A stretch of 60,965 nt of DNA, filler included, from Squatina squatina (GCA_031763465.1; 3 parts of 3 records of this genome joined end to end with filler, not necessarily neighbours in it); one strand, 5' to 3'; counted from the whole stretch's first letter, positions 12,178 through 24,806 are shown. Notes: generated from the letters alone by a model not told the origin. Program-made: numbers and translations.

Positions 12178-13599
12178 NNNNNNNNNNNNNNNNNNNNNNN
12201 NNNNNNNNNNNNNNNNNNNNNNNNNNNNNNNNNNNNNNNNNNNNNNNNNNNNNNNNNNNNNNNNNNNNNNNNNNNNNTACAATGTCGCGATACATAGTGC
12301 CCCAGGACATGGTACCACCATGTCAGTACAAAGAGAGGTACGTGTCTTCTTCCAGTAATTTCTATTTATATCCTCCTATTAACTAATTCCTTTAAAAAAA
12401 AAGCACGTATTATAGAATTGCAGCTCAGACTTGCATTCCGTACAACTTTGTAATTTTGATAATTGTGCTGTTTTCCCTAAATTTGAAAAGTTATGCAGAA
12501 CTGTAAGTAAGCAAGTACGCACCGCTTGCATCCCTCTTAGTACTGACAGACAAGTTAAAAATGGCCACCAGCTCTGTGGAATCCACAGTTAAGAAATTAT
12601 GTTGCTGTCTGGCCAGATGATTGAAAAATTCAGACTTGGATTAGGAAGATTCAAAGCTTGATTCATACAAATCTTAAATGTGAAGTAAGAGGCATGGAGG
12701 TCTGCCATCGCTGTAGTACCAGGAAGTGGGAACATACCCACTTAATTATTAGGAGAGAGTGAAATGAAAAAGAAAACGGAGACCTTTTCAGAGGGCCTCC
12801 TCCCTTTCTGCTTCGAGACCCACCTTTTTGTGACAATATGGTACAAAATGCTTTGTGGTCGTAAACCATAGCACAATTTGAGATACTTTGGTTTCCTCTT
12901 AGTAGCTGGTACTATATTCAGGAGATATATATCACGTGCATGTGGAAGTGAGAATACTGGTATGCAAAACTAATTAAGAGCTCTTCATTTGGAGAAAAAT
13001 ATCTTTGCTTATGTGCATTTTAAATGAAGATTAAAATCCTTTTTACTTCCTTGAGCTGGGAAAACTTAGTGAGCTCCATAGTACATGTACGAGGACATCT
13101 TTTGTTGTAGTCATTGCAACCCAATCAGTTGGAGAGTTCTGCTTTTTGGTGTTTTTGATCAAAATTGAAGTCATTTGAGAAAGAGGATGATCCACCAAGA
13201 GGCATGAATGACTTCTATATTGAGCACAGCCAGTAACAGGAGAACAGAAAGCTTTCTTGTCATTGTTGTTCGAAATTGTATGAGATGAATAGAGCAAATA
13301 CCTAAATCGGGAACCACTTATTAAAGATTTAGCTGGTAATTCACCTAGACTGCACATGGTCACAGCATTGAATAATTGTTCCTGTTTGTTTAGTTGACGA
13401 ATTGCTTTACCTTTTTCACATCATGAATGTTATATGAGTGAAGTAATTGCTTCCGAAATTCAGCCTCATTGTTCAGAATTTGAGTTGTGTTCTCTGTATT
13501 TAATTCACAGCCTCTGTACACCTCACTCAGAAAGGTCTAGCTTTAGAATAAAAGTTTTACACTTTTCTTCCATCCTGTCCCTGAAGCCCTTGACTCCGT

Positions 13600-13910
13600 T
13601 CACGAGTGCTGGCAGCCCACTGACGCCTCATCTGAGTGGCCCTTGTTTAACTATAAAGAGCTTAGATCCTGATTGTCAGCATGCTATTCAACTGTAGAAA
13701 GTATCACAGCTGATCCTAATCCTGTCTTTATCTGACTTCCATGTGCAGTTACTTTCTAGCAGTAGCTGATTTTTCCTGCTCCCTTCCCCAGCTGTCCTGA
13801 GACTAAACCTAGTGGCCCAGTCATTGCCACAACTGAAATCTGTTAACCCGGCACAGACTATGGATTGAACTAGTCTGTTTGGCTCTACCCATTAAACCAT
13901 TAGGGGAGCT
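13600..13910 (-). mobile_element. Old SINE-like repeat, same family as 10310-10640
   Basis: Reverse complement of ggttcaatccc.ggtctgtgc.gagttagc (cccggcacagactatggattgaac) and of the body motif gctgtgat...gaatagc. Confidence 0.55.
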
Positions 13911-13984
13911 GCGGTATAGATTTAGCATAAGTCTAGAAATTGCTGTTTCTGATATTAGCTTTTGCATTCCTCAGTCTGCTACTT

Positions 13985-14098
13985 TAACTATTACAACAGT
14001 GACGACACTCCAAAATTATTAATTGGCTGTAAAGCTCTTTGGGACGCTCGGTGGTCATGAAAGGCGCTATATAAATGTAAGTCTTTTTTTCTTTCTTA
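13985..14098 (+). mobile_element. SacSINE1-like SINE 3' tail fragment
   Basis: attggctgtaaagctctttgggacg...gaaaggcgctatataaatgtaagtcttttt; same tail as the 14118-14596 copy, inverted. Confidence 0.8.
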
Positions 14099-14117
14099 AC
14101 CTGCATATTAAAAATGG

Positions 14118-14596
14118 AAAGAAAGAAACGAAAAAGAAAGACTTGCATTTGTATAGCGCCTATCACAATCACTGGCTTTCCCAAAGAACTTTATAGCCAA
14201 TTAAGTACTTTTGGAGTGTAGTCAATGTTGTAATGTAGGAAACACAGCAGCTAATTTGTGCACAGCAAGCTCCCACAAACAGCAGTGTGATAATGACCAG
14301 CTAATTTGTTTTTGTTTTGTTGATTGAGGGATAAATATTGGCCAGGACACCAGGGATAACTCCCCTGCACCTCTTCGAAATAGTGCCATGGGATCTTTTA
14401 CGTCCACCTGAGAGAGTAGACGGGGCCTCGGATTAACGTCTCATCCAAAAGGCAGCACCTCCGACAGTGCAACACTCCCTCAGTACTGCACTGGAGTGTC
14501 AGCCTGGATTATGTGCTCAAGTCTCCGAACTGGGACTTGAACCCACGACCTCATCACTCAGAGGCGATAGCGCTACCCACTGAGCCACGGCGGACG
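14118..14596 (-). mobile_element. Full-length Deu-domain tRNA-SINE (SacSINE1-like)
   Basis: On minus: A box TGGCTCAGTGG, B box GGTTCAAGTCC, Deu-type core taaaagatcccatggcactatttcgaagag...ggtgtcctggccaatattt, L2-like tail gcgctatacaaatgcaagtcttt. Confidence 0.88.
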
Positions 14597-14951
14597 CTAA
14601 AATCAAAAGTTCTGTTTTTTTCCCCCACCTTAGTCCACATTTCCAGATTTCGTTTCGGCTTCCTTTAGGTAAATATCCCCCTTTTTCCCCTATGCCAGGC
14701 TGCCAGATATCCCACCCCCTACAGCTAGCTGCAAGGTGGCACCATGGACTGCCACACACCCCCAAAAGGGTTGAGCATCCATTGCCAGCGTAACTTCTAA
14801 GGAGCATAGAGTTGAGAGTTTGCTTGGTGCTGGTAAATAGGTGGATTCAAACTGCTGACAGCCATCGCCTGTGGGTTAGTGAGCTCTGCTGTTACCTTTG
14901 TCACACACACGCACTATAATCAGGACAACGCTGTGGACATTTTGTTCTTAC

Positions 14952-15091
14952 CAGTGAGAACTTGTTGTCTCCTGCTGGAGCCATGTGTCCTCGACTCCAT
15001 CCGCTGTTGAGGTAGTCTTCGTTCGTAGCGGTGAACAGCGGCGGAACGCTGGGATCCGGCTTGAACTTGCAGTGCTTGCGATCGGCTGCCC
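14952..15091 (-). CDS. EXOG: EXOG (mitochondrial endo/exonuclease, EndoG-like) active-site exon, isolated
   Basis: Minus strand ttttttttaaacag|GG GCA...TCA CTG|gtaaga; 140 nt, phase 1 to 0; (G)AADRKHCKFKPDPSVPPLFTATNEDYLNSGWSRGHMAPAGDNKFSL versus human EXOG DADRKHCKFKPDPNIPPTFSAFNEDYVGSGWSRGHMAPAGNNKFS; SRGH (not DRGH) distinguishes EXOG from ENDOG. This frame is not in the ORF track. Confidence 0.9.
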
Positions 15092-15285
15092 CTGTTTAAA
15101 AAAAACATATCCCAATATAAAAGCACTCTCACTGGCAGAACTTGGCCTTTCAGCTTATGTCAATCTTTCTCCTTCGATCTATCATTATTCAAGAAATTAA
15201 ACACAAAAAAGGTTTAGCTGTCCATTTTGATGCCTGTAATTTTACAAACACGAGGTGAAGGTCACTGCTGTGCGTCTGAGAAGCA

Positions 15286-15560
15286 GATTGGCACAAGAAC
15301 CAGAGGCAACATGAGGAAAAATTTATTTTACGCAGCGATTGGTTAGGATTTGGAAAGCGCTGCCTGATAGGGCGGTGGAGACAGATTCAGTAGTAGCCTT
15401 CAAAAGGGAGTTGGATAAATAGTTGAAGGAGAAACAAATTGCAGGGATATGGGGAAAGAGCAGGGGGGAGTGAGACTGACTGGGCCGCTCCTCGAAAGAG
15501 CCGGCACAGACTGGATGGGCCGAATGGCCTGATTTTGTGCTGTACTGTCCTGTGATTCTC
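15286..15560 (+). mobile_element. CR1 LINE 3' end
   Basis: atgaggaaaaatttattttacgcagcgattggttaggatttggaa...gatgggccgaatggcct...gtgctgta. Confidence 0.85.
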
Positions 15561-15589
15561 TGACTCTACCCGCACACATGGAGGCACCG

Positions 15590-15885
15590 GAGGAGGTTAC
15601 AAGGATGATACCAGAACTGAGAGGTTCTACCTATGAGGAAAGGTTGAACAGGCTGGGGCCCTTGGCTCTAGAAAAGTGAAGGCCGAGGGTTGACCTGATA
15701 GAGGTCTTTAGGATTATTACAGGGTTCGATAGGATAGACGTAGTGAAGATGTTTCCACTTGTAGGCAAATGAAAAGCCAGGGTTCGTAAATATGATAGTT
15801 ACTAATAAATCCAATAGGGAATTTAGGAGAAACCTCTTTACCCAGAGAGTGGTGAGAATGTGGAACTCGCTCCCACAGGGAGTGG
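15590..15885 (+). mobile_element. CR1 LINE ORF2 C-terminal fragment
   Basis: YEERLNRLG...GDLIEVFRI and FRRNLFTQRVVRMWNSLP, the canonical CR1 ORF2 terminus. Confidence 0.9.
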
Positions 15886-18112
15886 NNNNNNNNNNNNNNN
15901 NNNNNNNNNNNNNNNNNNNNNNNNNNNNNNNNNNNNNNNNNNNNNNNNNNNNNNNNNNNNNNNNNNNNNNNNNNNNNNNNNNNNNTGGGCAGAAGTTGGG
16001 CAAATAGCCCAACTCTTCGCCAGTGAATGTCCATTTTCCTGTGCATGCGGAAACTTGACAAGTCGCAAATTCCAGGTTTTCATCATGCGCAGTGCATGCG
16101 GAAATACAGCAATTTGAGCAGAGTGAAACAGAGGAATGAAGGACTGCCCAATCCTTTGCAAGCCATATGCAGTCGCATCAGTTTACCATGGCATTGAACA
16201 AGATTGGCACAGCAAGAAGTCTACCTCCTGACAAAAACCTGGCATTGTATTGATCCAATAAATCAGACCTTATTGACTTTGTAGTGTATTGTGGGATGAG
16301 TTAGACTTGGGGGACTGCTGTGTTGTAAGGTCACAAACTGCTTTGTGCTATTATTATACAAAGATCATAATAAGACTACCTGTCTAAAAGAGGCAGAAAA
16401 ATTCTAGGACAAGTACAAATGCCGCTATCTGTCCCTGAGACGAATATACAAGGTCAGGATTACTGGAGTTAACACTGCAAGACTCTGACTTGACAAAGTA
16501 ATAACATTGCCTGTTGGAAAATTGTGTGTCCACGTATTTGACATAAAGTCATGCCCATCTGGAACAGGTAGGATTCAACTGGGATATTTATCTATTTTGT
16601 TCCTAAATTTCAAAGGAGTGTTGCTGTAACAATTCATTTTAAAACCTGTATATAATCTTGTACTAAATGTGTTCATATTTGGCTTGATATGTGTGAGTAG
16701 AGTCACAAATTTAAATAACCACCTTGTTTGGGGAAAAAAACAGACTCGTTAACTTCCCAATGGCACGAGACCTGCATTGATGAGCTGAAAGGAGAACTAA
16801 ACCCATGATAAAATAAGATCGGGCATCAGTCTATGTTTCCATTCTTACTGTGCGACTCTTTTGGGTTGTTTTGCTCTCGTCCCTGATGTAACAGCATTCT
16901 GAAGCCCCTCTGCCTTTGACGATTTCTTGCTTACAAGTAAACAATTCAAATCAACCAACCTTCACAACATGAGGTTCTGACAGCTTGTAGAGCAGCTTTT
17001 CTTTTTCCACAGAGATGATGATGGACAGATTGAATCGGCTGCAATTTTGCTTTGCATGTGGTTCCGAACAGTTTGAATAGCAGGCTCTTCATAAGAATGC
17101 TTTTATAAAAAGATATCACTGTTGAAACTGATCAAAATTATGGGAAGTTATGCAACAGCCTGCAATGAGACAGGAGCTTTCAAGTTATTTTCAAAATTAT
17201 AATTGAATGGGAGACATCATTGGGAAAGTCATTAATGTCTTGCAACCGATAGATCGATCATGGACAGTCATTAGTTTAATGACGACATGAGTGCATTCCA
17301 ATTTTAGAAAATCGAATCATAGAATGGTTACAGCACAGAAGGAGGCCATTCGGCCCATTGAGCCCATGCCGGCTCTCTGTAAGAGAGNNNNNNNNNNNNN
17401 NNNNNNNNNNNNNNNNNNNNNNNNNNNNNNNNNNNNNNNNNNNNNNNNNNNNNNNNNNNNNNNNNNNNNNNNNNNNNNNNNNNNNNNCAAATGTAAATAA
17501 GCGAATTTTTTTTTCTGTAAACAACATGCTCAAAATAAGTAATACATTTATTTTATCAGGGCACATTTGCAGAGCCTCCAATAGATGCTTAGCGATCTGC
17601 ATTTACGAGAAATGGATTTAGCTTGCAGGTAATGGGGAGTGCCATTCCTCCTGTCTGGCTGTTTCATTTTATTTTCTTAAATGATGCCTTCTCACCCCAC
17701 ACAAAGCAGAGCTATCGCTTTCCCATGCATATGAGTTAGACTAGACTGAAGAGGGTCTTATCTGCATGTGTTCTGTAAGGTGCCTTGGGTCCATTGAGAA
17801 GGATATTGGCATGGTGGAGAGCATGAATTGACTCGTTCCTCATCCTCCTCCTCCTCTGATTTGTCCATGCCCCTCACAAACTTGAACTCGAGTGGAAACT
17901 TCCTAACTTGCCTGTCATAACTGAGGGTGCCTGGGTGCAGTTCCCATTTGTGACTGCAATGGGCAAAAAACAAATCGAGAACTCTTTTCTATGACAATTC
18001 ACTGTCATTGTACGTGACTAAAACCATACAGTTCAAGAACCTTTTAATAGTTTGATTTACAAATTTTAATTTCTGCTTTATCCTGCATTGAGTTGTGGAA
18101 CTTGTTTTTTAG

Positions 18113-18145
18113 GGTCAAAGAAGAACAAAAACCTCAACAGCCACA
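18113..18145 (+). CDS. RIMS2: RIMS2 33-nt alternative micro-exon
   Basis: ttttttag|G GTC AAA GAA GAA CAA AAA CCT CAA CAG CCA CA|gtaagt = VKEEQKPQQP(Q); human RIMS2 insert VKEEHKPQLTQ. Confidence 0.85.
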
Positions 18146-18556
18146 GTAAGTAATAATCTCCGAATTTAGTGAGCTTGAAAACTTTTATCTTGCAGTGTTT
18201 CGCCCCTGTGCTTTCTGCACCTTCTAGGTATTAGCTATTCTTGATACCTTACTGGCTGCAGCTGTAGTGCATCATTTTGCTTCCTGATTGGCTGTAAGAT
18301 AGCTGGCTGCAGCTTCTTACATCATCCACATCCAGACTGGTTGTAGCTTTTTTTGCTCCCTGCACTTGGATTGGTTAAACATAAGCTGATATAATATTGC
18401 CCTACATCCTTACTTGCTGGATCTGATTGCAACTCTCATTCCCATTTGGCTGTAGCTTTTCTTTCTTGCCTGTATTGTTTAGGTGCAAAGACACTGAGGC
18501 CAAAGTTTAAGTGATTTGTTTCGTTGTTCAGTCACATTATTTGCTTATTTAAACAG

Positions 18557-18643
18557 GTGGTTTCCCTTTAGTGGGATCACTGAACTGGTAAATAACGTTC
18601 TTCAGCCACAACAAAAACAACAAATTGAGAAGGAACCCCAGGC
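18557..18643 (+). CDS. RIMS2: RIMS2 87-nt alternative exon
   Basis: taaacag|G TGG...CAG GC|gtaagt = WFPFSGITELVNNVLQPQQKQQIEKEPQ(A), nearly identical to human WFPFSGITELVNNVLQPQQKQQNEKEPQT. Confidence 0.93.
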
Positions 18644-19933
18644 GTAAGTAAGCTGCTGTATATAGTTTGAATTTGGTGCTTTTAACTTTTTCTGACATGC
18701 TGGGCAGTGTGTAACACTGGAAAGTGACGACTGGTTGCATAGAGTATAGCTACTGTACCTTGATTGTGCGGTCCAATTACTATGTATGTGTGCACTATAT
18801 GATTTTTTTTTCCTTTGAATATATTTCTACCCATATTTTTAACATTTTGTTAATGGAAAATTGCTTATAATTGCCATAAATCAAAAAATTGTTGATCAGC
18901 AATCACTCCGCCTCTTCCCATACACCTTGCAATACTGTTGGGCTGTACAGCAGCATGATAGTACTTTTATTGCAATTGTGATGTACTTTTAGAAGATAAC
19001 CTCTCCCTTGGTGTATCTCTATGTGTAGGATTCCACAATGCCACCCATCTTCTGAACAGATTAATCCTGAGAATTTTAACCAGTAAAGATATTTGCAATG
19101 CCTGTATTACAATAGACTCTGGCTGTACAACATCCAGGTAATCAATTGAATTAGTTCCCAAACTTGCACTAATTATGTCATCATTACCAATCCTTTATTT
19201 GGAATATGATCATATGCACTATCAGCGCTACTTTAGGATTAATTTATAACTGCAAAATGTAGTTATTNNNNNNNNNNNNNNNNNNNNNNNNNNNNNNNNN
19301 NNNNNNNNNNNNNNNNNNNNNNNNNNNNNNNNNNNNNNNNNNNNNNNNNNNNNNNNNNNNNNNNNNNAAGGACAATCTGGGGGAGGATTGTATGGGGGGA
19401 ACAGAACTTCAGCCTGGACACAGTCCTTCAGGGCCACACTGAGACTTTGTCACAAATGACACTTTGTTTTTTCTCGTCTCTCTTCACTGACAGCAAAATC
19501 GCCGTGTGGATTAATCTCAAGGCCTCCCAGCCGCTCTCTTCCATGGTTCAGAGCTCCCAGGCACAGAACAGAAGGCTCCTTTACAACTGTGTTTAGAGTC
19601 AGGAAGAAGATTGGTGAATGCTGGAAACGTGGTGTCAGATCAATAAAACTGCGATCTGTTCCTTACTGACAGATCGGTTTAAGTTTCTCGTCTTAATAAC
19701 GACTGTGGTAATTATTCAACACAGATGTGTGTGACAGTCATGACTCTACCATTTTAAGGCAGGCATTAACCCATTTAAAATACACCTGTTTAAAATAAAT
19801 TGGTTAAATTCTGCATTAAAATAGCAACCAGAGGAGTTAACAGGCTACTACTGGTACAATTATACAACAGTCATTTGATCTCCAGATAAAGAAGGACCCA
19901 CAGCCTGTTTCCAGGAATTCCCTGTTTTATTGA

Positions 19934-20058
19934 CACAAAAGCAAAATACTGCGGATGCTGGAATCTGAAATAAAAACAGAGAATGCAGGAACTGCTCAGC
20001 AGGTCAGGCAGTATCTGTGGAGAGAAAAACAGAGTTAATGTTTCAGGTCGATGACCCT
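19934..20058 (-). mobile_element. Penelope-like element terminal (pseudo-LTR) remnant
   Basis: caaaagcaaaatactgcggatgctggaatctgaaataaaaacaga...ctcagcaggtcaggcag.atctgtggagagaaaaacagagttaa.gtttcaggtcgatgacc; recurs at 29215-29328, 31768-31857, 51108-51185, 54639-54720, 58714-58790. Confidence 0.7.
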
Positions 20059-20895
20059 ACCTGGACCATTTTGAGGTGGCACCCCTTAACATCGTTGGGC
20101 CATTATGTACTGTAGGGTTATTCTCCCACCATCTGAAATGAAGGAAATCAATTGAAGGCACGTGATCAACCAGAAAGCCTGAAACAAATGAAGCTCTCGA
20201 TCCATGGGCACACTACAAATTTACATAGATATCTGGGCAAATGAAAGCATTCTCCAGGACATAGAGGGTAAAGATTCACCTGCAGTGGTCGATGATCATA
20301 AATCCAAATAATATCTAGATTAATAGGGAGTAGAAAAACACGACCTGCTTGCCACTTCATCCATCATTGCTATGAGGCTAGGTTCAGTAACATCATTTCC
20401 AGCTGCTAGGAGCCATATACACTCTAAGTTATATTCAGAGCTGGTTGTCTTTTGTGTATCCGCATTAAGTACATGAGAATTCTTGCTAAATCATTAATTG
20501 GATCATATTGCTGTTTTCTGCAGGAGTTCTGTTCCTGTATTTTTGTGCAACTGTGCAAAATATGTGAGCATGAAAAAATGAGGTATGAAATTACAGTCGC
20601 TCAGGATTTGCTTTCTGGTCAAAGGATTCCTGTTACAATTTACTTTCTATTCACTTAGACTGATAAAGCGGCCTGACTTTGATGTGATCTCAACAATGCA
20701 AAAGTTTTATATTAATTTTGCAACATGTTGTCTGTAACTGTCGAATGTTTTAACTTTTTTTTGACCTAAGTTACAAATTGTAACTCCCATCAGTGANNNN
20801 NNNNNNNNNNNNNNNNNNNNNNNNNNNNNNNNNNNNNNNNNNNNNNNNNNNNNNNNNNNNNNNNNNNNNNNNNNNNNNNNNNNNNNNNNNNNNNN

Positions 20896-21080
20896 NTGTG
20901 ATAATATCCAGATAATCTGTTTTTGTTATGTTGATTGAGGGATAAATCTTGGCCAGGACACTGGGGATAACGCCCCTGCTCTTCAAAATAATGCCATGGA
21001 ATCTTTAATGTCCACCTGAGAGAGCAGCCGGGGCCTTGGTTTAACGTCTCAGCCGAAAGGCGGCACGGCACCTCTGATGT
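20896..21080 (-). mobile_element. SacSINE1-like SINE, central part
   Basis: Aligns by eye to about 14285-14465. Confidence 0.8.
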
Positions 21081-22059
21081 AGCCCAGTGTAAAAGAGTGA
21101 ACACAGCACACTAATTCCAGTATGAAGGATAAGTTACAGGTATCCAATGGGACAAGGATAGGACTACACAATGGAATTGACTCATCTTTTTAACCCTACA
21201 GTCTGATCAGCTGGAGAGCCATCAGTTACCCATTGCAGTCGTACAACAGTATGGAGCTGCTGTAGAAGTGATGGGGTTAAAAGTGACACTAGCAGTAAAG
21301 TAATAGCATTGGTTAATAATTAAAGACCCTGATGAATGTTGCAAGGGGAGTGGAGTGAACTCATTCTAAACTAGATCCTATGATGTCAGTGAGTGTCCCC
21401 TTTCAGTGTTGGACACAAACACCTGTCAAGTAGTACAGCTGCTGGGATTTGGTTAAGCTCTACTGATTTTTCCCTGAAGTTTCACCTATTTTGTTCTGTT
21501 TATGCAGTACATTGATGGCTTCCTGGGCTTTCATTGTAAACATACAAGGCAGCATGAGCTGGGGGTGATACTGAGCTATGGCACAACTGAAGCTGATGAA
21601 AATACTGTAACGTGAGCAACTGGTCAGAAATGTTATCTGGTGCAACCAGATTCTCCATAAAGTTAATAAAACATCCCGAACAACCTATCTTTTTAGGTTG
21701 ATGGATTTGGGTTGATGGATTTTCAAAGTTTTGAATATAAAAGCCAATATTGTGTTTAAGATGCATCTTTGAGTTTTGCCTTAGAGATAGTAGCAATTAT
21801 TACATCCAATGAGAGAATTGTTAACTTAAGAGAGCACATTCTGATGTGTAACCAGTTCTCTCATCTAAAAAATAAACAGAAATTCTTCTACATTTTAATA
21901 GCATATTTATAATCTCATTTATGTTATATGCATGCTGCGTTTCACTGCCTACAGGATCAATATTGCACATGTCAAATTTATAAACGATCATTTCTACTTC
22001 TCAATGTAGCCATTAACCATCAACATCCGATTGTCGCACACCTTGTGCCCTCACTGTCT

Positions 22060-22800
22060 GGGGGACAAACTGGGGTTTGTAGTCCACGTTTCTTAGACGC
22101 TCCGCGGCCTCCACAGGCTCAACAATGGTGTCCGCGATGCGCATGCACACTTCCGATGGGAAGTGCGCCGGACGCCATCTTGGTAAAGAGGTCTGCCTGG
22201 CGTCCCCCGGCAACATGCAGAGCAGACAGGTTGTGCCATCAATCAGTGTGCAGCGCTGATTTGACGCCAGGGCTGGCATTTACGAACACCGTGCTCCAAT
22301 CTTAATCGAGAACAGCTGAACACGATGGTAAACGGCATGAAGGATGAGCGTTTCAGCAGCAGATGTGCTGAGGCAGGGTCGGAGTGGGGATGAGGGAGAA
22401 GTGGAATGAGAGAAGGAGGATTTGGTATGCTGATACCCTCACCGTTGATCATTTCAGTGTCGCCATTTACCTCAGCCGTGGCGATGCCCCTTTGCATGAT
22501 GGCCAGCACTGCCTCCTCCATGGGTGTTAAAACTTTCAGGTGAACTCCTCCAGTTCGTTGCTGCTGCCTGCTGTTCTGCACCACCCTCTCCAACAAGGAA
22601 GAGGGAAGTGTGTCAGTGATTGTGATGCAATATTCTTGGGTGATGTGGCGGTCATGGTTGAATAGCTGTCAATGTGTGCGAGCTGTGAGTTGTGAGTGCT
22701 AGGCTTGCATCAGTGCTAAGTGAGGGTGAGATACAGCATATGAAGGTTAGGCCTGATTGATTGAGATTGTTGGTCAGTGGGTGATGGGGGTGTAGCGAAT
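22060..22800 (-). mobile_element. PIF/Harbinger-type transposon remnant with Myb/SANT-like ORF fragment
   Basis: Minus ORF 22243-22596 has VVQNSRQQQRTGG..LKVLTPMEEAVLAIM, resembling the TGGG...LTPxEE motif following the Myb/SANT domain in Harbinger accessory proteins; GC-rich subterminal segment 22060-22300. Confidence 0.6.
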
Positions 22801-22900
22801 NNNNNNNNNNNNNNNNNNNNNNNNNNNNNNNNNNNNNNNNNNNNNNNNNNNNNNNNNNNNNNNNNNNNNNNNNNNNNNNNNNNNNNNNNNNNNNNNNNNN

Positions 22901-23130
22901 GGGACGGTCTGTGATAGGATGGAAGGCAGAAGAGATTAAGGGACAAAAGGGATGAAGGTGCAAGGCAAAAGGAAACGGTAATGGGACAAGTTTAGAAACA
23001 AAGAATGACTCTAGATTGGGTGTAATGGAGATGGCAGAGTCATCAACAGCTGCTGTGGGAAAGATGAAAAAAAGAAAAACAATATCGGGGGAGAGGTTAT
23101 GGTTTGAAATTGTTGAACTCGATGTTAGCT
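22901..23130 (-). mobile_element. Penelope-like element 3' body remnant
   Basis: Purine-rich ggtctgtgatagg.tggaaggcag.agagattaa...ggttatggtttgaaattgttgaactcgatgtt, as recalled for shark Penelope elements. Confidence 0.5.
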
Positions 23131-24256
23131 GTGAAGGATTTTCTTCACCCTTTTTAGGCTCACACTCTTCCTATGTTCCTATGTTTTCTGTGTGTCTCCA
23201 ATATCCCCAGTATCTTTTTCTCAGTCTCTGCTGTCTTTATAGCCATTCTGTCCATGTGCATATTACCCTTAAATGTAAATGAAACCAGGAACACCACTTG
23301 CTGGTTTGAGGGCTGTTTCATGTGATTCCGGACACATGATATGACAAAGTCAGCTGATGCGTTGTGAACATCAGAACAAAGTGCTGATGAGCTGATTTTT
23401 ATGACAGCGATGATTAGTAGTGATCAGTTACAGAAGGGGCTGATTGTTGATCTTTGCCATCATGTCGGATAACTTCATCTGGATGCTGTATACAACATAA
23501 GCTAGGATTAGAGCTGTGGTGTCAGACACTTCTAAGTAGACAAGAGCACAATATGTTGACTGATTCCACAGAGTAAAATAGTTGGTGAAACAGCTGGGAA
23601 ATGGCAGAACACACTAAGGAGCAGATGAGGCAGATCTTTACTAGTGCGCCGGGCAATCGACAATTATATGCCACACTTCATTTTTCATTTTGTACTTGCA
23701 ACTGGTAAGTGATTTTAATCTCAGATTGCTAAAAATGTTTTTAATGAAGGTAGATGTTCCTATATATGTGCTGAAAGTTGTTGTACATCGAAAATTCAAC
23801 CTGGTGAGTGAGCTGGTGCTTTTATAATTAGCGCAGGCCTACAGTAACTGTGCCGCTCATGTTAAGTGTTTGACGAATGTGTAGGAAAAGAATCATTTTT
23901 ATATATTTTTCAAAGGTTTCGGAGAGGCTAAAAGTTGATGCAGATATTATGAGAAGAGGTCCTCTTTGAGACCCAGAGCCCTAGCCTTTTTTGCAAGTTA
24001 TATTGATCTACAATTTGCCATGCTGCGCTTCTGAAGAGGAACCAATGTGTGACACAGTAATGCTTAACTAGCCCGATTGCCATGTGAATGATGCATGCAA
24101 GTCTCATTTGCATCATTCCAGTTGTGGGCAGAAATGTCAAAAATTGCGCTCTCTATNNNNNNNNNNNNNNNNNNNNNNNNNNNNNNNNNNNNNNNNNNNN
24201 NNNNNNNNNNNNNNNNNNNNNNNNNNNNNNNNNNNNNNNNNNNNNNNNNNNNNNNN

Positions 24257-24555
24257 GGTCAAATCACAACTCCTCAGATTTCACCGTATATGCACCCGAG
24301 AACCGGACTTTATGGAAGCAACACGAACCCTCTTCACAGCACTCAGGCCCAGGGGATATAATAGGTCCTTCCTGCGTAAGAGCTTTAAAACATACCTTAC
24401 CAGAAGGGACCAAGTGGAGGGTACCAGCTTACCTCTCGTCCTCACCTACTCCTCGGCCTCTGTGAAACTCACCAGGGAGGTGAAGTCCAACTTTCTACAC
24501 ATATTGGGACAAAAACAAACATTTAAGGATTATTTTCTCTCTGTGCACCATTGAG
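24257..24555 (+). mobile_element. Penelope-like retroelement RT C-terminal/linker fragment
   Basis: VKSQLLRFHRICT...F...LF.AL..RGY...L.LVLTYS: the SQxLRxxRIC, RGY and PLVxTY motifs of PLE polyproteins. Confidence 0.85.
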
Positions 24556-24806
24556 AAGAAATCTTTATCTTATTTGGGGAAGTTTATAATGGGAGTTTAA
24601 CAAAATACTTTTTCTCTAACTTTACACACAAAGGAAAATATACCACACACTACTTTTCTAATGCACGCGAAGAAAACTGGAAACGACTGCACCCCCAGGG
24701 AGTTAAGATGGATTGTGTTTACACCTGACGTAATGTACTCATCCAGGGAAGAAAAAGTAACGTCTCCACAGATTTACAGCAATCGAGCTTGGAAAAGTAG
24801 AGATAC

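Noticed and set aside
14530-14596. tRNA gene (A and B boxes; also 31345-31415)
   Set aside because: These are SINE heads continuing into SINE bodies; no complete cloverleaf evident
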